Positions 8,244 to 16,768 are shown, counted from the first letter of the stretch. The stretch is 64,000 nt of DNA from Caulobacteraceae bacterium (GCA_965284305.1 OZ260070.1:1287352-1351351); one strand, 5' to 3'. A program made the numbers and translations. Notes: generated by a model from the sequence alone, not told the origin.

Positions 8244-9857
8244 ATGACCCTTCGCACCTCCTCGCCCGCTGTGTCCGTCGCCGCCCTGCTGGGTGCCCTT
8301 GCCCTGATGTCTCCAGGCTGGGCCACCGCCCAGACACTGTCTCGCCCCGCTGAGGCCTCGACCGTCACGCCGCGTCAGATGACGTTCAGCGACCGTATGG
8401 GAGACGCAGTGGGTGTGCTTGTAATCCCGCTCGGCGGGTCGGAAGAGCTCACAACACGGGGGGCCGGTCTTGACGACGCGACGCGGCAAGCAGTCGAACG
8501 CGCCCTGGGCTCGGCCGCATTCCGCTATGGTTCGCGCCAGACTCTCACACTCCGGGGCATCGGCGACTGGGACCGGATCGTCATCGTTGGATACGGAACC
8601 TCAGCGGCCGACCCCCAGTGGAGCGGAGCGGTCGTTGGGCGCGCCCTCGTCAACGACCCCAGCCCGATCACCGTTCTGGCGCGGGGTCTGCCGGCGGAGA
8701 CCGTGGCAGCCTTCACCACCGGAATGGGGATTGGCCACTACCGGTCCGATCTCTATCAAGCGGGGCGTCGGACCAGCGCGCCGGGTGGTCCAGTCACGGT
8801 CGTCTCGGACTTTGCAGATCCGGCCCGCTCAAGCTTCGAGGACCGGGGCGCAGCGCTTGTAGAGGCCATGGCCTGGGCGCGCGATGTGTCCAACGAGCCC
8901 GCCAACGTGATCTACCCCGAAACCTTCGTTGATCGGGCTCGCGCCGCCTTCGCCGGGATCCCCGGCGTGCGGATCGAGGTGCTGGATGTCCCCGCGATGG
9001 AGCGTCTGGGTATGGGGGCGCTCTTGGGGGTCGGTCAGGGTTCGGAGCGTCCGCCCCGTCTGCTGGTGGTCCGTTATCGTGGCCAGGGCGCGCCGGAAGG
9101 GGGCCCCGTCGCCCTCGTTGGCAAGGGGGTTACCTTCGACACCGGGGGGATCTCCATCAAGCCCGCTGCCGGCATGGGCAATATGAAGATGGACATGTCG
9201 GGTGCAGCCGCAGTCACAGCCTCGGTCCTGGCTCTCGCACGATCCAGAGCCCCTGTGGACGTCGTCGCCGTGGCGGCCTTGGCCGAGAACATGCCCGACG
9301 GCCGTGCGATCCGGCCCGGAGACGTTCTGACAGCCATGAACGGCAAGAGCATCGAAATCATCAACACCGACGCCGAGGGGCGGCTGGTCCTGGCCGATGC
9401 CTTGGTCTGGGCCGAGCGCAACCTCGAACCGGCCGCCGTGGTGGACGTCGCCACCCTGACCGGGGCGGTCAGCGGGGCCTTGGGCGACGACTACGCCGGG
9501 CTGTTCAGCCGGCACGACGCACTGGCGGACCAGTTGCAGGCAGCGGGTCAGGCCACCGGAGAGCGTCTGTGGCGATTGCCACTGAATGCTTCGCATGGTT
9601 CCGACATGGCCTCCACCATCGCCGACCTGAAGAACACCAGCGACGGCGGTGCGGGGGCCAGCACCGGAGCCTGGTTCATTGGCGAGTTCGTCAGTCGCGA
9701 CATCCCCTGGGCCCACCTGGACATCGCCAACATGGCCTGGAGCGGCTCGGGCGACTGGAGCGCACCAGGCTCGGCGGGCTTTGCGGTCCGGCTGCTGGAA
9801 CAGTTCGTGCGCGACTGGCGACCGATCGCTCGGGGACCGGGCGACGGCGGGGGGTGA
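8244..9857 (+). CDS. M17 leucyl aminopeptidase family protein with a predicted signal peptide
   Basis: The motif NTDAEGRLVLADAL and the GKGVTFDTGG region are M17 hallmarks. The N-terminus MTLRTSSPAVSVAALLGALALMSPGWATAQ looks like a Sec signal. I chose this ATG because a GGAG lies 9 nt upstream. Confidence 0.85.
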   Translation: MTLRTSSPAVSVAALLGALALMSPGWATAQTLSRPAEASTVTPRQMTFSDRMGDAVGVLVIPLGGSEELTTRGAGLDDATRQAVERALGSAAFRYGSRQTLTLRGIGDWDRIVIVGYGTSAADPQWSGAVVGRALVNDPSPITVLARGLPAETVAAFTTGMGIGHYRSDLYQAGRRTSAPGGPVTVVSDFADPARSSFEDRGAALVEAMAWARDVSNEPANVIYPETFVDRARAAFAGIPGVRIEVLDVPAMERLGMGALLGVGQGSERPPRLLVVRYRGQGAPEGGPVALVGKGVTFDTGGISIKPAAGMGNMKMDMSGAAAVTASVLALARSRAPVDVVAVAALAENMPDGRAIRPGDVLTAMNGKSIEIINTDAEGRLVLADALVWAERNLEPAAVVDVATLTGAVSGALGDDYAGLFSRHDALADQLQAAGQATGERLWRLPLNASHGSDMASTIADLKNTSDGGAGASTGAWFIGEFVSRDIPWAHLDIANMAWSGSGDWSAPGSAGFAVRLLEQFVRDWRPIARGPGDGGG

Positions 9858-10113
9858 TGTCGCCGACCTTCCGCCGTGATGGCGTTCACCAGCCCTCGCG
9901 GTTCCCTTCGTTCGTGAACTTTCCGGGCAAAGGTTCCAGTAGGACCGCTTGACGCCTCCTGCCCTCGATGGGGGCTTGGAATGGCAGCGCCGACGTCCGC
10001 TACGGGTCGCGCCCGCCAAAGGCATTGCGCTTGTTTCCGAACATTCGGCACCCGCGCGCGCCATGGCCGTCGCCAAGGACTGCTTCGGAAAGCGGTATCC
10101 CCTCCGCCCGGGC

Positions 10114-10143
10114 GTGTATTCTCGCCCCGTGTCTTCTCGCCCC
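10114..10143. repeat. tandem 15-mer (GTGTATTCTCGCCCC / GTGTCTTCTCGCCCC)
   Basis: Two adjacent copies, 14/15 identical, inside a 716-bp ORF-poor spacer. Confidence 0.85.
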
Positions 10144-10417
10144 TTGAGGACCGTGATCCTCCCCTTTCGACCCTGCGACGCGGGCCGTCGCCGACCCGGA
10201 ACCGGCGTGACGACCGTTTCTGACGCAGTCCCGTGCATAGTGGTGAAAGGCCCGACGGGCCTGGTCTTTGACATTGCCAAACCCGTCGCCGCCACCGCCC
10301 GAAGGGACGGCGACCCCCTCAGCGGGCGATGACGGATGCGCCGCGTTCGCCGCCGGCATTTTTTGTCCGGAAAGCGATACTCTCTGCCCTTGAACCGCGG
10401 TCGAGCTTTCCAGAATT

Positions 10418-10551
10418 CCGCTCATCCCCGCGAACGCGGGGACCCAGTGCTGTCCAGCTTGACGCCGGTGTTTGTGGACCAGCTTTCGAGGATCACAGGA
10501 ACCGCTGCATCGCCCAAAGAACTGGGTCCCCGCGTTCGCGGGGATGAGCGG
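10418..10551. mobile_element. MITE/REP-like nested-hairpin repeat, copy A
   Basis: It has 31-bp perfect terminal inverted repeats: CCGCTCATCCCCGCGAACGCGGGGACCCAGT (10418-10448) and ACTGGGTCCCCGCGTTCGCGGGGATGAGCGG (10521-10551). Each arm contains its own small hairpin. A related copy lies at 57068-57200. Confidence 0.7.
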
Positions 10552-10573
10552 TTTGGGGGGAGCGAAGGCGACC

Positions 10574-11377
10574 CTACCCCCGCAACACCTTCAGCAACTG
10601 CGGATGCAGGTCCGAGTTCGTGGCCAGGATCTGCGCGCCCGTCTCCGGCCGGCCCTCGCCGTCGATGGTCGTGACCACGCCGCCGGCCTCGGTGACGAAC
10701 AGGATGCCCGCCGCCACGTCCCAGGGCTGGAGGTTGCGCTCATAGTAGGCGTCGTAGCGCCCGGCCGCGACCCAGGCGAGGTCGAGGGCCGAGGAGCCGA
10801 GGCGGCGGATGCCGGCGACGCGCTGGCCGATGGCGTGGATGTCCTTGATGGCCTGGGCGTGGCCGGTCTTGCCGATGAAGGGCAGGCCGGTGGCAATCAG
10901 GCTTTCCGACAGGTCGCGGCGGCCGGCGACGCGGATGCGCTGGTCGTTCAGATAACAGCCCTTGCCCTTTTCGGCCCAGAACAGCTCGTTCATGACGGGG
11001 TTGTAGGTCACGCCCGCCACGATCTCGGAGCTGCCGTCCGGCGCGGTGCGCTGCAGGCCCACCGTGATCGCGAAATGGGGCATGGCGTGCATGAAGTTGG
11101 TGGTGCCGTCGATCGGATCGACGATCCACAGGTGGGACTTGTCGGTCCCCTCGATCATGCCGCGCTCCTCGCCCAGGAAGCCGTAGCCGGGGCGGGCCTT
11201 CATCAGCAGTTCGTACAGGGTGTCCTCGGCCCGGATGTCGGCGGCGGTGACGAAGTCTCCGGGACCTTTGCGCGACACCTGCAGCTGGGCGACCTCGCCG
11301 AAGTCGCGCAGCATCGGGCGGGCGGTCTTGCGGACCGCGTCGATCATGACGGAAACGAGGGCAGAGGCGAGGGCCAT
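10574..11377 (-). CDS. suhB: inositol monophosphatase family protein (SuhB-like)
   Basis: 267 aa. The motifs WIVDPIDGTTNF and the WDVAAG region are typical of the IMPase family. Confidence 0.85.
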   Translation of the reverse strand: MALASALVSVMIDAVRKTARPMLRDFGEVAQLQVSRKGPGDFVTAADIRAEDTLYELLMKARPGYGFLGEERGMIEGTDKSHLWIVDPIDGTTNFMHAMPHFAITVGLQRTAPDGSSEIVAGVTYNPVMNELFWAEKGKGCYLNDQRIRVAGRRDLSESLIATGLPFIGKTGHAQAIKDIHAIGQRVAGIRRLGSSALDLAWVAAGRYDAYYERNLQPWDVAAGILFVTEAGGVVTTIDGEGRPETGAQILATNSDLHPQLLKVLRG

Positions 11378-11446
11378 GGGGGAAGCTCCTGGTCCGACTA
11401 TCCTGAAAAGGCGCTGGGGCCCGGATAGGCGGAGAAGTTCAAGGGG

Positions 11447-11499
11447 GTAGGGCTTGGGGCTTAGGGCTTGGAAGCGGACGACTAAGCCCTAAGCCCTAC
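11447..11499. repeat. hairpin built from GGGCTT(A/G) heptamer repeats between efp and suhB
   Basis: A 13-bp perfect stem is formed by GGGCTTAGGGCTT (11457-11469) and AAGCCCTAAGCCC (11484-11496), with a 14-nt loop. The left side has an extra repeat unit. The G-tracts on the plus strand satisfy a G-quadruplex pattern. Confidence 0.65.
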
Positions 11500-11509
11500 T
11501 CACCAAGAC

Positions 11510-12079
11510 CTATTCAGCGCGCCGGACGTATTCGCCCGTCGTGGTGTCGACGACGATCCGCTCGCCCACGCCCATATAGGGGGGGATCATGATGCGGACG
11601 CCGTTGTTGGCGATGGCCGGCTTGTAGGACGAAGAGGCGGTCTGGCCCTTCACGGTCGGCTCGGTCTCGACGACTTCCAGGGTCACCTGATCGGGCAGGG
11701 ACAGGCCGATGGGACGGTCCTCGTGCATTTCGATGACGACCTTCATGCCGTCCTGGAGGTAGGCGACGCGGTCCTCGCCGACCCAGTCCTTCTGCAGCTC
11801 GGTCTGCTCGTAGGTGGCGTCATCCATGAACACCAGGGCGTCGCCCTGCTCGTACAGATAGGAGAACTCCTTCTGCTCCAGGGTCACGCGCTCGACCTTG
11901 TCCTCCGAGCGGAAGCGTTCGCTCAGCTTGTTGCCGGTCTCGAGGTTCTTGGCCTCGATGTTGGCGAAGGCACCGCCCTTGCCCGGCTTGACGTGGCTGG
12001 CCTTGGTCACGACCCACAGGCCCTTGTTGTGCTCAAGGACCATGCCGGGCTTGATGTTGTTGCCGTTGATTTTTGCCAT
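11510..12079 (-). CDS. efp: elongation factor P
   Basis: 189 aa. The text [24 protein letters not shown]...KPGKGGAF is the conserved EF-P loop region. Confidence 0.95.
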   Translation of the reverse strand: MAKINGNNIKPGMVLEHNKGLWVVTKASHVKPGKGGAFANIEAKNLETGNKLSERFRSEDKVERVTLEQKEFSYLYEQGDALVFMDDATYEQTELQKDWVGEDRVAYLQDGMKVVIEMHEDRPIGLSLPDQVTLEVVETEPTVKGQTASSSYKPAIANNGVRIMIPPYMGVGERIVVDTTTGEYVRRAE

Positions 12080-12192
12080 GGGGGATCGCCGGGGCTGGGG
12101 CGCAGCCAGGAGGGCGCGCGAATTCGGTCGCGATCCCTAGAGGAAGCCGCCCGGCTGGGCAAGGCGGGGGCGTCGGTGGCCGGCCGGGGGCC

Positions 12193-12693
12193 CTAGTTCC
12201 CCGTCGCGCTCTTGTCCGGGGCGATCTCGGTCATGGCGGACTGCAGATAGTTCTGCTCGCCCAGTTGTTCGATCAGTTTGAACTGCGCCTCGAGGAAGTC
12301 GATGTGCTCCTCGGTGTCGTTCAGGATGCGCATCAGGATGTCGCGGCTGACGAAGTCCTGGGCCGCCTCGCACTGGGCCACGCCGGCCTTCACCGTCTCG
12401 CGCCCGCCCAGCTCCAGCTGCAGGTCGGCGCCGAGGCATTCGACGGCGGTCTCGCCGATCTTGAGCTTGTGGAGGTCCTGCATATTGGGTAGGCCGTCGA
12501 GGAACAGCACGCGCTTGATCAGCATGTCGGCGTGTTTCATCTCGCCGATCGATTCGTCGTAGATGATCTGGCCGAGGTGTTTCAGCCCCCAGGACTCGAA
12601 CATCCGGGCGTGCAGGAAATACTGGTTCACGGCCGTCAGTTCGTTGGTCAGCACCGCGTTGAGGGTGCGGATGATCGCGGGGTCGCCCTTCAT
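12193..12693 (-). CDS. bfr: bacterioferritin
   Basis: 166 aa. MKGDPAIIRTLNAVLTNELTAVNQYFLHARMFESWG is a classic Bfr N-terminus and includes the heme-ligand Met region. Confidence 0.95.
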   Translation of the reverse strand: MKGDPAIIRTLNAVLTNELTAVNQYFLHARMFESWGLKHLGQIIYDESIGEMKHADMLIKRVLFLDGLPNMQDLHKLKIGETAVECLGADLQLELGGRETVKAGVAQCEAAQDFVSRDILMRILNDTEEHIDFLEAQFKLIEQLGEQNYLQSAMTEIAPDKSATGN

Positions 12694-12795
12694 GGCTCAG
12701 CTCCTGTCTGCGGAGACGACCGAGTCGCCGCGTCTTGCCGGTTCATAACACGCAAACAGCCCGGGTGTTCACCTGCGAACACTTCTCACAACATT

Positions 12796-12814
12796 GAAAA
12801 TGCGAATGAATCTC
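12796..12814. promoter_or_regulatory. candidate Fur-type iron box upstream of bfr
   Basis: GAAAATGCGAATGAATCTC is an AT-rich 19-mer about 100 nt upstream of the bfr start. By my hand alignment it matches the classical Fur box at 13/19 positions, and it matches the 13035-13053 site at 14/19. Confidence 0.4.
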
Positions 12815-12833
12815 CCGTGAGGGAGGGCAGGGC

Positions 12834-13019
12834 CTATTCGGCTGCCATGGCGAAGGCCTGGCGGGTTTCCTGGATCATCTCGCGCATTTCGCAGACGCAT
12901 TTGGCGCACTGGGCGGCGCACTGGTTGCGGGCGAAGACGTCGCGCGGCCGGGTCGCACCGGCCTCGATGGCGGCGGCGACATCCCGTTTGCGAAGGCCGT
13001 TGCAGTTGCAGACGTACAC
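12834..13019 (-). CDS. bfd: bacterioferritin-associated ferredoxin (2Fe-2S)
   Basis: 61 aa if started at the GTG, giving VYVCNCNG...QCAKCVC. This is the Bfd Cys pattern. The longer 177-aa ORF in the track has an implausible N-terminal extension. Confidence 0.75.
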   Translation of the reverse strand: MYVCNCNGLRKRDVAAAIEAGATRPRDVFARNQCAAQCAKCVCEMREMIQETRQAFAMAAE

Positions 13020-13034
13020 GGTGGGGCGGGCCCG

Positions 13035-13053
13035 GTGATTGCGAATGGTTCTC
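13035..13053. promoter_or_regulatory. candidate Fur-type iron box upstream of bfd
   Basis: GTGATTGCGAATGGTTCTC lies 16 nt upstream of the bfd GTG start and shares the TGCGAATG..TCTC core with 12796-12814. A third GCGAA-N9-TTCGC palindrome lies at 13072-13090. Confidence 0.4.
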
Positions 13054-13134
13054 CATAGCAGGAGAGGCGTGGCGAATGCAAGTCGTTCGCAGCGGGATGT
13101 TGACCGCGCGGCCCATCCGTCGCACTTCCCGCCC

Positions 13135-13794
13135 ATGTCCAGGACCCCCGTCGTTCCCGAGCGCCCGCCCTGCCGGCTGTATTTGATCACGCCGCCGGCG
13201 ATCCCGGATCTGGCCGCCTTTGCGCGCGATCTGGAGTCGGCGCTGGACGCAGGGGATGTGGCGGCGCTGCAGATCCGGCTGAAGGAGGTCGACGACGCGG
13301 CCGTGCTGGCGGCTGTGGCGGTGATCAAGCCGGTCGCCCAGGCGCGGGGCGTGGCGGTCATCCTCAACGACCGGGCCGATCTGGCGGCGAGGTCGGGCTG
13401 CGACGGTGTGCATCTGGGTCAGTCCGACGGCACGGTCAGCGCGGCGCGGACCATGATGGGGCGGGACGCCATGATCGGCGTCACCTGTCACGACAGTCGC
13501 GAACTGGCCATGGATGCGGCCGAGGCGGGGGCGGACTATGTTGCCTTCGGGGCCTTCTATCCGACCGCCACCAAGGCGACGGTCCACCGGCCGGATCCGG
13601 AGATCCTGACCATCTGGCAGGAGACGGTTGAGGTCCCGTGCGTGGCCATCGGCGGGATCACGGCCGCGAACGCGGGCGACCTCGCGCGCGCCGGGGCCGA
13701 CTTCGTCGCGGTCAGCGCCGCCGTGTGGTGCCACCCCGACGGACCCGCTGCGGCTGTCCGGGAACTGGATCGGGTTTTGTCCCCGGCCGCCTGA
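13135..13794 (+). CDS. thiE: thiamine-phosphate synthase
   Basis: The motifs RLYLITPP..., [17 protein letters not shown] and GVHLGQSD are typical of ThiE. I chose the internal ATG (MSRTPVV) as the start. Confidence 0.85.
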   Translation: MSRTPVVPERPPCRLYLITPPAIPDLAAFARDLESALDAGDVAALQIRLKEVDDAAVLAAVAVIKPVAQARGVAVILNDRADLAARSGCDGVHLGQSDGTVSAARTMMGRDAMIGVTCHDSRELAMDAAEAGADYVAFGAFYPTATKATVHRPDPEILTIWQETVEVPCVAIGGITAANAGDLARAGADFVAVSAAVWCHPDGPAAAVRELDRVLSPAA

Positions 13795-13860
13795 CCTTCA
13801 GGGGATATTAGGACGCATCGGGCTAAAGAACGGCTGACTTTTCGCCGTCCGGATCCGCCG

Positions 13861-15541
13861 ATGACCCTGAGCCACACGCTCGACCCGCCAGAGCCTGTCT
13901 TCGGCGCTGAGGCTCCGGCCGTGGCGCGTGCCCTTGCCGGGACGCGCCCGACAAGGGTCGGCCAGCCCATGGCACCGGTCTTTACGGCCATGGCCGTGCT
14001 GGTGCTTGTCGTCCTCTCCCTGACCTTTGCGCGCTCTGCCGGCATGGTGGCGGCGTTGTGGGGTGCCGGCGGCGTTGCTGTCGCGGTGTGGCTCCGAACC
14101 TCGCGCGGAGCCGCCTATGACCTGTCGTTCGGCGGGCTGGTTGCGGCCGGGATCGCAGCGGGGAATCTGCTGGTGGGCAATTCGCCTGAGCTGACGCTGA
14201 TGTTCACCGTCGCAAACATGATGGAAATCTATGTTGCGGTCGTGCTCGCGCGCCGGTTCGCCCCGACCCTGAACCTGGCCTCCGTCCAGGGCACCTGCCG
14301 CTTCCTGCTAGCGGCGGCCATCGTCGCACCCCTCCCGGCGGCGGCCTTCGCGGGTGGGATGCTCTGGTGGATGACGGACGCCGATTTTCTGGCCTCGGCG
14401 CAGACGTGGTGGTTCGGTCACGCGCTCGGTATCGCCGTTCTGTCCAGCTTCGGCCTTGTGCTGACACGACACGAGGTCGCGCGCTTCCGGGTTCCCGCCC
14501 GTGCCATCGAGGCTTCGGTCCTGCTCGTTGGACTGGCGGTCCTGTCCTATGCGGTGTTCTCCCAACAGGAGTTGCCGATCAGCTTTGTCACCATGCCGCT
14601 GCTGCTGCTTATCGCGGTAAGACTGCGCATGTTGGGCGTTATGGCGGCGCTGGTCATAACCTCCATCCTGGCTGTGGGCGGCAGCATGAGTGGCTACGGT
14701 CCCTATGCTGCGGCCTTTGAGGGCGTGGATCGCGCCATGACGGCCCAGCTTCTGGTGCTGTTCGGCTATCTGCCGATCATGCTGGTCGCCGCCCTGCTGG
14801 AGGAGCGTGATCGTTTCGCCGACCGGGCACGACTGGGTCAGGCTCGTGCCGAGAAGGCGTCTGAAGCCAAGTCGCGCCTGCTGGCCAACGTCGCGCATGA
14901 GATCAAGAGCCCCGTCGGCGGCGTGATCGGCATCGGGGAACTGTGGAAGGCCGGTCAACTGGGGCCTGTTTCGGCCACCCGCCGAGATGGCGGATATGCT
15001 CGTCAAGACCGCCCGTCAGGTCGAGGCCCTGGCCCATGATCTGCTGGACGTGGCCCGGGCCGAGTCCGGGGCGGTCAAGGTCGAACTGCGCCCGACCGAT
15101 GTCCCCGGCGTGCTGGAGGATGTGCGCCGCGCGATCGCCTTGCGCCCGGACGCCGAGGGACTCCGGCTGGAGGTGATCAGTGAAGGTGTCGGACTGGTGG
15201 CGCTGGCCGACTCCCAGCGCCTGACCCAGGTGATCGCCAATCTGGCCTCCAATGCTGTCAAGTACGGCGGGACCGGAGGCGTGGTCCTGTTCCGGGCCAG
15301 CAAGGTCCATGACGGCGTCCGGATCGAGATCATTGACCGGGGCATCGGCCTGTCGGTCGAGAAGCAGACTCAACTCTTCGAGCCCTTCAACCGCCTGGGG
15401 CTCGAGCGTTCGACGGTCGAGGGTCACGGCATCGGTCTGGCCCTGGCCAAGCGGCTGGTCGAACTGCAAGGCGGCTCCATCGGCGTGACCTCGGCGCCCG
15501 GCAAGGGCGCGACATTCTGGGTGGAACTGCCCGCCGCCTGA
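13861..15541 (+). pseudogene. membrane sensor histidine kinase (MASE1-like N-terminus, HisKA, HATPase_c) split by a +1 frameshift
   Basis: ORF 13861-15039 carries the TM region and the H-box (LLANVAHEIKSPVGG). The rest of the HisKA domain and the ATPase domain (NLASNAVKYG, DRGIGL, GHGIGLALAK) continue in the next frame from about 14975. The join reads ...GPVSAT[c]AEMADMLVK. Confidence 0.7.
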
Positions 15542-15585
15542 CGAGGCCCTTGCCGTCCGCGGGTTGAGGGGGGATTGTCGTCGCC

Positions 15586-16389
15586 ATGAAAGTCATCGCC
15601 GCCGCCGCTGCCGCCGCCCTGCTGCTTGCCGGAGTTGTGCAAGCCCAGACGCCGCCGCCCCCGCCCGCCAGCAGTCTCACCCGCGACCTGAACAGCGGAC
15701 CGCCGGCACCGGCGGTCTATCTGATGCCGGCCCCTGCGCCTGTGATCGCGCCGCCGACGACCCCGCCTGCCGCCCCGACCATCATTCCGGCTCCGCGCCC
15801 CGCAACGACGACGGGACCTTCGAACACCGCGCCTTCCGTCTCGCCCCCTGAAAGGGTGGTCACCGCGCCCGCTCCCACCCGGCCGCCGTCCACGCCGCCG
15901 ATCGGTGCGGTCCAGCCCCCGTCCCGGCCCTTGACGCCGCCCGGCGGAGGTTCTGCGCCGGTGCCGTCGGTTGCGCCGGAGGCGGTCATCGCTGCGCCTC
16001 CTGTTCCGCCCGTCGCTCCTGCCGTGATCGTGCTGGACAGCGCCGCCCGCGCCGCCCTGCCGTTCACCGCCGACCTGCCGCCGGGATTCGAGATCGTCAC
16101 CGGCCGCCCGGGTCCCGATTTCCGCATCTATACGATCCGTCGGGGCACCCAGTCGTTCGTGATGGTCTATGCCGGCCCGGCCTCCCAGTTCCCGATCTAC
16201 AGCGGCCAGATGGTCGAGGCGGCTGGGCGCGCCTCTATCCTCTCGACCGAGGACGGGGTACGCCACGCGGTGGAACATCTGTTCCAGCGGACGGCCACGC
16301 CGCGCGAAATCCACGTCTGGACCATGAGCCTGGACGGCGCCGATCGCGACCTGGCCGAACAGATCGCCCAGTCGGTCGACGTCCGCTAG
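15586..16389 (+). CDS. secreted proline-rich hypothetical protein
   Basis: 267 aa with a signal peptide (MKVIAAAAAAALLLAGVVQAQ), about 130 aa of Pro/Ala/Thr-rich linker, and then a globular C-terminal domain that I do not recognise. Confidence 0.55.
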   Translation: MKVIAAAAAAALLLAGVVQAQTPPPPPASSLTRDLNSGPPAPAVYLMPAPAPVIAPPTTPPAAPTIIPAPRPATTTGPSNTAPSVSPPERVVTAPAPTRPPSTPPIGAVQPPSRPLTPPGGGSAPVPSVAPEAVIAAPPVPPVAPAVIVLDSAARAALPFTADLPPGFEIVTGRPGPDFRIYTIRRGTQSFVMVYAGPASQFPIYSGQMVEAAGRASILSTEDGVRHAVEHLFQRTATPREIHVWTMSLDGADRDLAEQIAQSVDVR

Positions 16390-16768
16390 CGAGAGGTCAG
16401 ACCCGGCGCACGGGGGCGTCCGGGTCGCCCGGCCGCAGCCCGCGCGCGCCGGCGAGGACCACCACTTCCTGTCCCTGCGCGGCGGCGCAGCGTCGTCTGC
16501 CAGGGCTCGGGCCGCCAGTCATGGGACCGCGCCGCGTCGCATTCGACTACCGGTCGGGCCCCGCCCTGTCCGGTGTGCCGCACGAAGCCGGCCGTGGGTG
16601 GCTTCCAGCTGTCTTCCAGCGCCTCAGTCAGCAGCCACAGGCCGCACGCCGCAGTTCCTGGCGGTGGCATGGGGCACGGTGTGGGCCGCGCAAAGTCCTC
16701 ACGCATGGGTGATGTTCCACCCGGACCGCTGTCCGTGGTCGGCTCGCGTCATGCGGCGGCCTACGCGC

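Noticed and set aside
9858-10020. Cobalamin or other riboswitch on the minus strand (GAAGGGAACCGCGAGGGCTGGTGAACGCC resembles the GGGAA..GGTGAA part of the B12 element)
   Set aside because: The rest of the B12 consensus is missing (no CCCGC-ACTGT segment, no GCCACTG, no B12 box). In addition, no downstream gene lies in that orientation, since pepA is on the opposite strand.
13039-13134. Longer thiE start ([32 protein letters not shown]...) and the 177-aa version of the bfd ORF (12834-13367)
   Set aside because: Both extensions run through the bfd/thiE divergent promoter region that contains the candidate iron boxes, and neither resembles the respective protein family. Internal starts give canonical N-termini (MSRTPVV.. 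for ThiE; VYVCNCNG for Bfd).
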